From the human T2T-CHM13v2.0 reference genome, Homo sapiens, in the NCBI RefSeq assembly GCF_009914755.1, contig NC_060947.1: DNA of 64,000 nt, one strand, 5' to 3'. The position numbers and the translations under genes are program-made. Of the stretch, positions 13,546-27,819 are shown piece after piece. Position 1 is the first letter of the stretch, and each line of letters opens with the position of its first letter. The notes beneath the pieces are model-generated. The model was given only the letters and a program-made list of their open reading frames with translations. It ran no database searches and had not been told where the DNA came from.

Positions 13546-14587
13546 CCGAATAAATTTACAACTTCTCCTTTTCCCCAGCTGCAGCTTGATGAAGACCAGT
13601 CAGTTAAAGTATATGGGAAGGGGGTGATGTCTCTTTTCTTACCTCTCCTTCTTCCCTATATGGTGGCTGTTTTTCTTTTTTTTTTTCCCAGGGTCTACAA
13701 GAGGGAGGAGAGGTAAGAGCCTCAGTAGGTTCTTACTCAGCAGGTATCATGACACTCTCATTGATGACACTCTTTCCTTGCTTTCTGGAATTAGCTAATG
13801 GTCAAGACTGAAATGCTCTCTTTTGGACCCATTTGTGGGCTCTTTGCTATCTCCTGTTTCTTATGGCCAAAGGCAATGTGTGTTGCTCTTCAGGATGGCA
13901 ACTCTGAAACCTCCTCCTCTGCTTCTGCTCCTGGAGGGCAAGAGCAGAGAGGGGAAGCTGCGTTTGCAGGCTGCACACGTGGAAACTCATCGCTGTAAGA
14001 TGATCTCAAGCCAATGCAGATGTGCAGGGTTCACCCTGGTCCTTTTATGACGATCCACATGCCATCACCCTGATGATAGGAGGAAGTGAATTTTCAGACA
14101 CAGCCCTGTGCTCTGCACCACAAGGCAGTTTCATATTCTCAGGAGAGAGTCAGGTATTCCCAAGTTCAGGGGATGCACATCAAGTTTGAGAAAAAAAAAG
14201 CGACAGAGAAGATTGAAGGGAAGGCGTGCTGGGGACATAATGTTAGGGAACGGGGAAATGTCATATACTTGTTATAGTACATATGATAACATATAAAAAC
14301 ACATATTTGAATGAAAAACAGAACTATAGAAGAGAATTGTAACATAACAGAGTCCACAAAGTTCATAAAAATTGGCTCCATGTTTGACCTTCCACAAGAA
14401 AAATAAAGCCCATTGATTCATTAGGAGAAACGGAGGTTGTTCTAAAACATAAGCCTGGATATTTTTAGATGGGTTTTAATATAAGAGATGGAGTAGTGAA
14501 CATTTGCCATCATATCCTTACAACCTATGAAAGGGCTGGCTTAAAGGACATATGTGCGTTGAATCCTTCAACACGTGCTGATGATGT

Positions 14588-14640
14588 ATTAGGCTGGTGC
14601 AAAAGTAATTGCGCTTTTGCCATTAGTTTTAATTTTTACT
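14588..14640. mobile_element. MADE1 (Hsmar1-derived MITE) fragment
   Basis: 'tattaggctggtgcaaaagtaattgcg' matches the mariner terminal inverted repeat. Confidence 0.75.
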
Positions 14641-15182
14641 TTTAGTATCCATGCTAAATTTGACTGTCATGTGGTGGCAAAAATCAAACAAACAAACAAA
14701 TAGGACTCATTATCCAAATACACAGAGTACAAAATGTCCTGATATTTTAGAAATCTAGAAGGTAAGTAAGCTACTTCTCCTTCAATTACTCTTCATTAAG
14801 ACAATTCTTCTGACTGGGCTTGATGAGAACTTAGGTAGGATGTAGTGTGGAATTGTTTTTTCTGATAAGCAATTATAGCTGGCTCATTACTGATATTGAC
14901 AGAAAGTGGATCTATGCACTTTAAGGATCACAAAACAGAGCGTATTATGCACATCTTACATTGCAAGTTATGAAATTTGAAGGAGATTTATTTGAGAAAT
15001 GAAAGAAGGAGCAATAGGCATTTCTCAAAGAATAAGAAAAAATATATGTAAGCAATTTACATATCTTCAGGAAAGTCACTTTCCTGAATATAATTTAAAT
15101 ACCTTCAGGAGAGTCACTTTCGTAAAGATATGTAAATATCTTGAAGATACATGTGTCTGTATTTATAAATATAGATAGATAG

Positions 15183-15184
<2 letters not shown>

Positions 15185-15272
<88 letters not shown>
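15185..15272. repeat. Compound (AC)n(AT)n microsatellite
   Basis: Directly visible. Confidence 0.98.
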
Positions 15273-15276
<4 letters not shown>

Positions 15277-17065
15277 ATTCCCTGGTTTTCCTCCCTCACT
15301 CCCTGAAACACAGCCAAGAAAATAATGCATGATTTGACTTTTATTACAAGAAGTTATAAAGTCCATGCCATTTCTCAGAATCTCTTAGGTCTCATGGTTG
15401 CCAATTTTATTTTACCAGCAGAAATCAAACATCTTATTCGCTTCTCAGCAAGGCAGTCTCAGCAAAACTAAAATGCTGAAATGTCACCCTTTTGGTGGGG
15501 TTGATTGCATTGGAGTCCCTAGGAGATCACAGAGAGAAAAATGATTGATCATAAATACAGACGGTGATAGGTGTGTCTGTAATCACAGAGGGATGTGAGA
15601 CAGGCAGACATGGTAAACAAAGACTTCATGAGCAACCACATGAGGGACATGGCCATGGTCTGTTTGCGGTGAGGCTCCGTGAATTTGCTTTTGTTTGAGC
15701 AAACATGTCATTTAATGTTGGAGGCAAAAGACTTCTCTGTAAATGGTTGTCCATTCCGTCACCACTCAGTAAATATGGAAGAGGTGGACTCTATGTACTA
15801 AAAGGAACAACGGAAAAAGGTTAAAATTATCTAAAATTACAAGTACAATTAGTATTTCTTTTCTAGGTCGAAGAAGCATTTCAGTAATGTCAAAAACAGG
15901 ATACATTTAAGGGAACAGGAGTAAAACATGCCTACCTTTTAAAGGTAGATCTTAACATCCTGTCTTTACTTAAAGACAATTTTCCTTAAACCTCTCAACC
16001 TGGACTATTCCTAGAGCAATTCTTCTAAACTTTCAGAGACACAAATCTCCCACTTATATGACAAATACTTAAAATATGCCACTTGTTCTCACACATATAT
16101 ATTAATATTAATAATGATGATAATGACAGCTAATTTCATAGAGTGCAGTGTTTACTAAGTATCATGCAAAATAAATAATGATTCTCAAAAGCTCTGTGAA
16201 GTTTCCTACCTGCAATTCAAAGAAGAAATAGAAAGTAATGTGCAATAATATAATTTATGTATTTTCACTGCATGACACAAGCAAGTGCTCCAATATTTAT
16301 GCGTGCACATCAAATCAGCTGTTTGTGATAGTTGCAAATGCCCTTGACACACGTTAGGAGTATGGGGTGGGGATGGTGAATTCTTTGTGCCAGGGACTCA
16401 AATACCATAAACAGTGTTGGAATTTTTTCTGAAATTATTAACAACTCTTGGTAAGTTTCCAAATAAATAAGCTATAATTTCCCCTTTAATTACTTGGCAA
16501 CTGTTTCCTGGAAAGTTCAATGCTTATTAAAAATGTGCAAAAAAAAGTGCTTGAGTTTAGATATAAAATGGAGTTAGGTTCTAGATTTAGATTCAGGTCA
16601 TCATTGAGAGGTTTTATATATACATAAATACCTAGCAGGATATTTCAAAATTGTTTTATATATACATACATACCTGCAGGATATTTCAAAATAGTATGGG
16701 AAATGATACAATTCTTCTTTTGTTTCATGTTATGTACATTGCTAAACTTTTTCTCATTCCTGGCATTTGTCCACTAAATGTCAACAGTGATAATAAGTAT
16801 GATAACAATAATAAAACACAAATAACTCACAAAATTCCACAATGACCCCCCAAGATGAGATAGAGCCATCATTGAATAATTACCGTTCTGGGAGATCCCT
16901 GGATAGACTTCAGGAACTCCTTGAACTCTGAAATTTGATGGAGAGTATTTATAGAGAGCTACGTTCTTCCAGGGAGGCTGTCCATAACCCCCAGAAAATT
17001 ATCAAATGGTGGCAAATTCTCAAGCTCTCAAATTCTCGTGCGTGCTCATGCCTGTTATCCCAGAA

Positions 17066-17189
17066 TTTTAGTAGAGATGGAGTTTCACCACGTTGGCCAA
17101 GTTGGTCTCAAACTCCTGACCTCAAGTGATCTGCCCGCCTCAGCCTCCCAAAGTGCTGGGATTACAGGCATGAGCCACCATGGCCGGCC
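17066..17189 (-). mobile_element. AluS left-arm fragment
   Basis: 'tttagtagagatggagtttcacc...gagccaccatggccggcc'. Confidence 0.88.
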
Positions 17190-17500
17190 TATTTTTCCTC
17201 CTTTTCAGTTCCGAATGTTCTCGTTCACATGCGGAAAGTGAAGTGATGGCTATTAGCATGATGGCTCTGTTAGCAAAAGAGCTTCACCTTCACAAGCACA
17301 TGAATGGCATCAGTTTTCTATCTATAACATCAGAGGACAGAAATAGAATATCAATGAAGCTAATTCTGATAATGGCGCAGTTTTTTTTTTTTTTTCTAGC
17401 CAGTTCATGGAATAAAAGTAGAGCTTTGCAAATTTTTTTAAAATTATTATTATACTTGCAACTCTATGCTTGTTGTGAATGCTGGTCTAATGTGGACGAT

Positions 17501-18397
17501 TACTGTGGGATCTGGCCAGCAGCCCGCAGTGCAACAGGGCTCTCTCTTTGTTCCCAGGTGGATCGGCAGGTTGAGAAATAATAGACACACACAAGATAGT
17601 GAAAGCTGGGTCCAGGGGGTCACCATCTTCTGCTCCCACGGTGCCAACAATGCACTGGATATACCAGCATTTATTATTAAGTTTAGTGAGGGCGGGGGTA
17701 GGTTAGTGAGGGATTTAGGGTCATTTGATTATGAGGTGAGATGGTCACATGGGGATGAAATAATTCCTTAACATAACATTTGTATGTAGAAGTACAGTAC
17801 ATTTGTATGCAGAAGTACAGTATACAGAGATAAGAATTTACAATATAGTGTGTGCGTCAGTAATTTCTAACAGAGCCTTAAAACAGAAACACAATCTTTC
17901 CATAACCTATGATTAGTAAGATATTAATTAGGAGTAACAATTGCAACAAAAGCTGGTTACAAACAATCCATGGAAACAGGACGTGAAGCTAGGCAACCGT
18001 TTAGACCAGAAATTCTCAGAAGGGAGTATGCCTTAACCCTAAAGAGGCCTAGAAGAGCCATGGCAAGATGAGGGCGTTTATAGCCCTATCTTATCCATAT
18101 GGACAGGCACTCCCCCATGCGTCCGTTTATAGGCTCTCCATGATGGTCACATTCCATTCCCAGTGCTATGAACATCTGCTTTTCTGGGATAGGAATCTTG
18201 GTGATGTGAAACCTCCCTGACTGCACGTCCATTCATAGGCTCTCTGCAGGGGGAAGCACATCACACGCTGTTGGCTCGTTCTGGCAGTCCAACCTGGCAT
18301 TGTCTTTACACAATCCTGCATGCAATTTTGTATTTACAATAATCAGGAGCATTTCATCTTTTATTCCATAGCAATAGTTTCAGGGGGTCTCCCTACA
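17501..18397 (-). mobile_element. MER11D-like solo LTR (ERVK group), 897 bp
   Basis: Reverse complement starts TGTAGGGAGACCCCCTGAAACTATTGC and has a MER11-like U5. 6-bp TSD GACGAT (17495-17500) / GAAGAT (18398-18403). Internal 23-bp tandem duplication at about 17777-17822. Confidence 0.75.
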
Positions 18398-18632
18398 GAA
18401 GATGGAATTATTTGTTTTACTGTCATAATGTGATACCAATTTTATAAAACACACACCTTGGTAGGCACAAAGCTCTTACCATAGTAAGAAACCAATGGGT
18501 GAAACATATACTTGGGAGTAGTTGTGGTTCGCAAATCATTCATAATTGCAACAAGATGAACTGCACTATCAGAACATATCAAAATCAAAGCTGTAATTGT
18601 CCACAATTATAAATGTTTATAGTAGGCAAAAG

Positions 18633-19550
18633 TAGCAATTATCAAAGTGTGGTTTTCAGACCCTTGGAGTCCCCAAGATCCTATGATGGGGTTTAAAACC
18701 AGGTGGTCAAAACAACTTTCATAACATAATCATGTCATGTACCTTTTCCTGAATGCTGATATATGCACTTCAGTGGTAAAACGATGGTGAATAAAGCTAC
18801 TGGTGCCTTAAAGCTAATCAAAACAGTGACACTGAAAGGTACAGGTAGCCATTGTGTTTTTTTTTTTTAGCACCATGCAGTCTCAGAAACAAAGAAGGGG
18901 AAGGGCCGTTTCACTTAAGAGTGACTTGGAGGAGACAATAAAATTGTATACAGCTCTTCTATGTCTGTCTTGTTAATAATCTCTACGGTGACATGGAAAC
19001 TGCTTGAGAGCACTTCTGCTGCATACTGAAGTGTGATGGCTGTTTTTGGGAAAAACAAGTGTGACGTTGCTTCAGTTGCATGCTGAAGTGGCTGCTGTTT
19101 TCATGGAAGAGTGAAAGCATTTGAAGGAATGTCTGATGGACTCACCATGGTAATTCAGAATTGAATAAAGTGAGCCCTTCACTTCAAGGAAAAATCAGAT
19201 TTTTGGAAAACTTTCATTGACTACTGAGAAATCCCTTTAGCAAAGCTATTTTCAAATCAGATTGCTGATGTCATTAACAAATGTGACTTTTGGGCCCTGT
19301 ATAGTGAAATATGTCCACATATTGAAAATCTGCATAATTCAATCAACTGTTGTTTTCCAATTGCATGGTGCTAAAAAATTTAAGTGAGTAAAAACAAGAC
19401 AAAACGTTGTGAGTGCGACACAGAGCAATACATTTTCCTTAAGAACATACAAAAAGTTCATGGTTGTGATTTTAGATTCCACATTGCACACAAACTTTAA
19501 TAAACGGCCACATTATCTGAAAAGGCTGTTGAAATAGTCCTCCTCTTTTG
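18633..19550 (+). mobile_element. Charlie1-family hAT DNA transposon fossil
   Basis: 19013-19054 translates LLLHTEV*WLFLGK, a decayed hAT transposase LLLHTEVRWLSRGK motif. The left end is Charlie-like. Confidence 0.8.
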
Positions 19551-19853
19551 TACAGAGAGGAATGAACCTTGCATGTAGTCAGGGTTCTCTCTAATCAGGC
19601 ACCTGTGGGCTTTCTCACTACCTTCGTTGTTACAGGGTCACTCAAGGGCTGGCACAAAGGAAAGCAAAGATGAAAACAGGGGGAAATAATGAAAGTAAAA
19701 GAGAAGAATTGGGGTTTCTGCACCCTCTCTGAATGGTACAGCATCTCTTTCTTGATCCTTAAACCAGAACAAGTGCTTCTGTTATCCTCTCTACCTGTGC
19801 TAACGAGCTCAGTTCCTGGTTTGTTGGTGCATTGCATTCAGGATAAAGGACCC

Positions 19854-20269
19854 TGTATCAGCCCTTTCTCACACTGCTATAAAGAAATACCTGAGACTGG
19901 GTAATTTATAAAGAAAAGGGGTTTAATTGGCTCATGGTTCTGCAGGCCGTACAGGAAGCATGGCAGCATCTGCTTCATGGAAGGCCTCAGGGAGCTTTTA
20001 CTCATGGCAGAAGGCAAAGTGGAAGCAGGTGTCTTACATGGCAGGAGCAGGACCAAGCGTGGGCGAGGAGGTGCTGCACACTTTTAAGCAACCAGATCTC
20101 ATGAAAACTCAGTTACTGCCGTGAGAATGGCACAGAGGGGATGACGCTAAACCATTCATGAGAAACCGCCTCCATGAAAGCCAATCACCTCCCACCGGGC
20201 CCCACCTCCAACACTGGGGATTACAATTCTGCATGAGATTTGGTGGGGACATAGAACCAAACCATATCA
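19854..20269 (-). mobile_element. MSTB solo LTR (MaLR)
   Basis: TG...CA termini, 'gagactgggtaatttataaagaaaag' motif and exact 5-bp TSD GACCC (19849-19853, 20270-20274). Confidence 0.88.
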
Positions 20270-20456
20270 GACCCCAAAGGGAAAGCAATAACCAGCTCAT
20301 CACTGTCTTGGTGGAACTTGGAACTCTGTTCATCTTCTCCAACCTGTCTCCTCTATCATAGCAACTGTGACCTTGAGTAAGTACAACTTCAATTAGCACA
20401 ATAAGCCATTACCTAATCTGATTTTAACATATTACAATTTCTGAATGGGATGTATT

Positions 20457-21680
<1,224 letters not shown>

Positions 21681-21767
21681 GTCCTCAAATAGCTGCCCCA
21701 TGCATCCTGTCCTGATTTCATAGCTTCATTCAGTGGGTGGATCAGGAAAACTTGTACATGCCCCATC

Positions 21768-22518
<751 letters not shown>

Positions 22519-22934
22519 TTAAAGTGATGTGTGTCTGTGTCTAGAAATACTTTTTAATAGAACTAATTTATAGCTCCACCAATTTAATAACATTTATGTT
22601 CAGTGTTTGTTTTTAAAAATTATAAACTTTAGAAAATTATAAATTTGTTTCTGAGTCCCTATTTCTCTCAAGAGTCCTGCTTGAATGACAAAATTATGTA
22701 GTGGCCTCATTCAGCATCCCCCTCACTTTGTCATTCCAAACTTCCAATTTTCTTGTCCTTGTTTCTTCTTTTTAAATGACTAGTTTGTTATTTATAGGAT
22801 CCATTGGAAACCTTTTCTTTGATGATCCTCTTTTCCATATTGGTATTAATCGTTGATCAAAATTATAAAATGTTACTTCAGTATTCAATAATATTAACAA
22901 AGTGTTTAATCCATCCTTGAAAATGAAGTCAATA

Positions 22935-23215
22935 TTTTTTTGTTTTGTTTTGTTTTTTGAGAAGTAGTCTTGCTCTGTCGCCCAGGCTGGAGTGCAGTGG
23001 TGTGATCTCGGCTCATAGCAAGCTCCGCCTCCCGGGTTCACGCCATTCTCCTGCCTCAGCCTGGGCGCCACCGCGCCCAGCTAATTTTTTGTATTTTTAG
23101 TAGAGACGGGGTTTCACCATGTTAGCCAGGATGGTCTCCATCTCCTGACCTCGTGATCTGCCCGCCTCGGCCTCCCAAAGTGCTGGGATTACAGGCTTGA
23201 GCCTCCGCGTCTGGC
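22935..23215 (-). mobile_element. AluY with a short internal deletion
   Basis: AluY diagnostics. 'cctcagcct' is joined to 'gggcgccacc', missing about 25 bp. Confidence 0.92.
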
Positions 23216-24689
23216 TATTTCATTTTTTTAAATGACTGTATACAGCCATTGAACTAGCTCCACCATTGTGAGGCAAACGGGAGGGTCTCTGTGCTTAACT
23301 ATTAGTCTATGTCTTCTGGAATAAATGAGACCTGGCCAGGGTTCTCTGGTAATTGGCAATTTACATAAAGATGAAAGAAAAGTGACATTAAAACCTGTAC
23401 AAGTGGTTTGTGTCAACTTGGTGGGGGGGGGGGGTTATTTAAACGTTGTCCTCTCCCATGATTATGGAGGAAGGTATAAACAAATGGAATTTCAGTTTGA
23501 CCCTTTAGTATGATTCTTTGTGTATACACAGACTTTGAAGAGAGAAATCAAAGTGGCCATAGAGAACATTTGCCTCATGCAATTAACATTCACATCCATG
23601 CTAACGCATGTTGGGGTGGATGTCGGAGGAGAGCTGGATGCCAAAACCTGGAGAAAAGAGACCACTGACAGGCTATCTCAGTGATGTTGGGTAACACATT
23701 GAATGTCCGAGGCTTGGTCTCATCAATTCTTTAAAATTATATGCAACCTACTTCTTACCATCAGAATAAAATAAAGAAGCATGCATAAAGTGCTAAGTCA
23801 ATTATAAAACATCATACAATTATAACTGATGACTTATTACCATATAATTATTATTAAATGATGCCTTTTTGAGAATGGAAGCTGAGTTCGTTGAAGTTCT
23901 GCCTTATCCTTTAATTATGGGATTCAATATTATTATTGTACATTTTTCATTCATTCTCATGATGATAGCATGAGTTATCCTTTGTAACTGTTAATATGCA
24001 GGCAAGTTTCCAAACTTCTCCAAATGCATGCATTTAGGATAACCATAAATCGACAGATATTTACTGAAATAATGAGTTCTAATTATGAATACAAAATGGA
24101 TTAAAAGACATGAAGTATTTACCCAGCAATTGACCAGATTAGCTTAAAAGAAGGACTTAGTGGATACTTATTCTCATGATTTATTGCAAGGACACATAAA
24201 TCTGTGCTTTCTGAAGTTTAAACTATATATTTGGCACTTGATTTATAAAACCTGCTAATAAATCCAGCTCAACTTCTCATTGAGAAATCATTATCCTAAG
24301 CATCAGCTCTTGCTAAGCATGAGGATTTATAAGCAAGGAAACACGTGTGCGAAACCTACCACAGATTGGGAAATCATACCAATAAATCTTGGGGAAAAAA
24401 AAAACACCATTTTATTTACAAACCCTTACCTGATAGTTAGGATATAAGTGAAAGATTTAGCAACTATGACCTTAAGTACAATTACAATTAGCATAATAAG
24501 CCATTACCTGATCTGATTTTAACACATTAAAATTTCTGAGTGGGATGTATTAGGCATCACAGCATGAAGAGGGATATTATTTTAAATAGACGCTTGAAGA
24601 GATTTCTACTTGCAGGAGTTAGAAGGCGTGGAGATGCTGTTTTTGTGCCCTGATAATACTTTTTAAAGGGCCAATGCACATTTGGCTGT

Positions 24690-24915
24690 TGGAAGTGGGG
24701 ACTACTAACAGTTCACAGCCGCTCTGCTGCTCTGGAGAATGACCCTTGGTTGACAGTGAGTTGCTCCTCCTAGAAATTTATCTCTTATCTCTTTACCCAA
24801 AGGGTCCCAGAGCCAAAGACCCTCTGACATGGGAGCAGCTGGTTTTTTCATCAGTGAATCCCTCGCACCCAAATCCTTGTGTCAAGGTCTACTTCTAAGA
24901 AACCCAACCGAAGGC
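24690..24915 (+). mobile_element. Old ERVL LTR fragment (LTR16/LTR33-like)
   Basis: 3' end 'caaatccttgtgtcaaggtctacttctaagaaacccaacc'. Confidence 0.45.
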
Positions 24916-25899
24916 TTTCACTGTCTCTAACAATGCTTCACACACACATTGCCATTCAGACTCATTTGCATTACCAACTCCACATTTAGACAAGCTGGAC
25001 CTCACTTCAAGTTGCAACTAATTTTTTTAATATTAAATCTCCTTACATAAGTCAAGGTCTGAGTGCTTTGAAAATAGCTTCTCGTTTTTCCATCTTGTGT
25101 TTGCTCATACAAAAATCAGAGGTGGCTTATGTGCAATCATTATCTTGCTCATACAAAAATCAGAGGTGACTTTTTATGTGCAATAATTATCTTTAAAAGT
25201 ATATCAATATTTCGTTGGGTTTGAATAACCTGGAGCAGAAAGGCTAGGTAATTTGAGCTCTATGTATTTGAGTTGCATTTCAAGCTAGGCAAGAGGTCTC
25301 CACTGAAGATGAGCGTGCAATGAGATCCTGGCTTTCTGACTTCCAAAACCCCTGTGCCTCATCACAGACTAGAGTCATCATTAAGAAATGCATTAAGAGC
25401 ACAGGACGTTCTGAAATGAGCACACAGTACTTTGGGAGCGAGGAAAACCTTTTCCATTACTTGTGGATGATGATGAATGTAGCTGTAGATGATAATGGTA
25501 ATGATAGGGCTTAAAAATATTCAATACATAAGGAACATTCCATGCAGGAGCTACTTAAATGGAGCCAGGGCTATTAGTGCCTCTCTTTGGTGATTAACTT
25601 AGATGCATTCAAAATTTTGCCTTTGCAACTGTTATCGCCAGCAAGAGAAACTACAGAGGATCCTTCATCTCCCTCTTATGGCTTGGAAGTGAAAATGCAA
25701 CCGTCATATGGAAGAGATTTGGTTCAATACATAGAATGGCGAAGATGAACGTTGAATTTTTATATTGATGATTAGCCTTAGGTGCAGAATACTGAATTCA
25801 GTAAGAGGGATTTCTGTGAGTATTTCTATGGACATTCATATCCTCTTGAGATGCCACTTTGCACTTGGGGAAAACTGAAAAATGGCAACTTCTAATAGC

Positions 25900-26130
25900 G
25901 CACGGTGGGTTGGAAGAAGGAGCTGCAGATCACACAGCCTGGATTCACGTCACCCCTGCACCTCTTGCTAGCTGGGCCAAGTCATGTAACTTGCCTCTTT
26001 AGGCAACAGCTCTCTATGCAAAATTGTTATAATGATAGCTTCCACCTCATGACAGTTGTGAAGATTTAATTGTGAAGTTAACACATATAGTATCTCCACA
26101 AAGCTGCCTGACAAGAATTCTAAATAACTG
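25900..26130 (+). mobile_element. MIR SINE
   Basis: 'gggccaagtcatgtaacttgcctct...ccacctcatgacagttgtgaagatttaa'. Confidence 0.6.
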
Positions 26131-26507
26131 TGTATATGTATGTATGTGTGTCACATCTATATCTAATCTCCCTATCTGATATATATATACATATTCTATC
26201 TCGTGTTATTTATGTATCTATTGCATCCATATCTATCTCTATCATCTATTCCATCTATCCTATTTATCTACCATCTATTCTATCTACATCTATCTCTTCC
26301 TAATCTATTTCTCTCTCTCTGTCTCTCTCTCTCTCTCTCTCTCACCCCCTCTCTGAGAGAGAGCTATATATATATATATATATACATATATATATACACA
26401 CACACGTATATATACATATATATGTGTGCATATATAGGTGTGTGTGTGCATATATATATATATATACTTATCGGTATCTGGGTGTTTTGTGTGTATATAT
26501 ACACACA

Positions 26508-26547
<40 letters not shown>
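26131..26547. repeat. Compound simple repeat (TATC)n-(CT)n-(TA)n-(CA)n
   Basis: Directly visible. Confidence 0.93.
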
Positions 26548-27561
26548 GTGGCATTTAGTTAAATATCTTGGCAATAAAATTCTAACTTTCTTTCCAAGCA
26601 ATAATGACTGGGAAAAAGCTCATGCCAGCTAGCAACTTTTCTCTTCTCTGTTGATCTTCTGTTCTCTTCACACATTCACTACCCTAAGCATCAACTTTTA
26701 ACTACATTATACTGTACAAATTATTAGAGATGTTAATCACCTCAACTCTCAAGATTACCCTACTCAGAGGAAAGAATGGAAAGTTCAGACTACCAAGTTA
26801 GACCATGGCAAAGAAAGAGACTGACTTAGGAATACTAGAGACTATGCACAGAGATAAAGGTGTGTTACATTCAGAAAAAATAAGTACTTAGACTCTTACA
26901 ACTGATGCTAGGAATTTTAAATGTAACCTAATTGCTATGACTGAACCTCATTATCTAAGTGTGTGAGCATATGTGTTTTCGCATATGCCCAAGATTCGCA
27001 GGGGTCTTATTTCTAAAAAATAAAAAAAGAAACAAAGGAATTATAGTTTCAAATAGGAGAATCTCTACTATTTGTTATTTTTGTGTATTTGCTGTTATGT
27101 AAACATACCACATTTAGAAAAAAAAGTGAAATGAATGAAAGGAAACTAAATCAATTGTGAATTAGATATTTCTTGTTATTCTTGAAACTTAGGAGGAACC
27201 ACTTCACATTAGGAAAATTATGTCTGTAATTTTCCTCATGTCCCAAAAATATTTTTTGAGGGAGACAGTGTCAGGACTTGGATGTTGTGGAATGTAGCCA
27301 TGCAACTGAGACAAGGTGTTGGGAGTTTGCTGGATGTGAGGAGGAGATGGAGGAAGGAGTAATGTGAATAGCATTACCATATTTCCCTTATGTCTTCTTT
27401 ATGCTGGTTTTCAGAATATAATGATACACTAGAGAAATATTTTAAAATCCCCTATGTACATGCTCTGGATTTTATTTTCCATCCCTTCCTTCCCAATGGA
27501 CTCTAGTTAATTTGGTTTTATCATTGCTCTGGATTGCCTTATCATTGCAATGCATATGTGT

Positions 27562-27815
27562 GTATCTATATCTATAAGTAGATATAGATTGATGATAGAT
27601 AAATAATAGATGATAGATAGATAAACAGATAGGTAGAGATACATGAACCGGTAGATGATAGATCATAAAATAGATGATAGATTAGATAGATGATAGATCA
27701 ACAAATGATAGATGATAGAATAGATGATAGATTGCATAGATAGATAATAGATAGGTAGATAGATAGATAAATAGAATTGATAGACAGGTAGATGGATAGA
27801 TAGATATAAAGATAT
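27562..27815. repeat. Degenerate (GATA)n tract
   Basis: Directly visible. Confidence 0.93.
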
Positions 27816-27819
27816 AGGT

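Noticed and set aside
19013-19054. hAT transposase motif as a possible domesticated gene
   Set aside because: There is an in-frame stop inside the motif and no long ORF, so it is a Charlie1 fossil.
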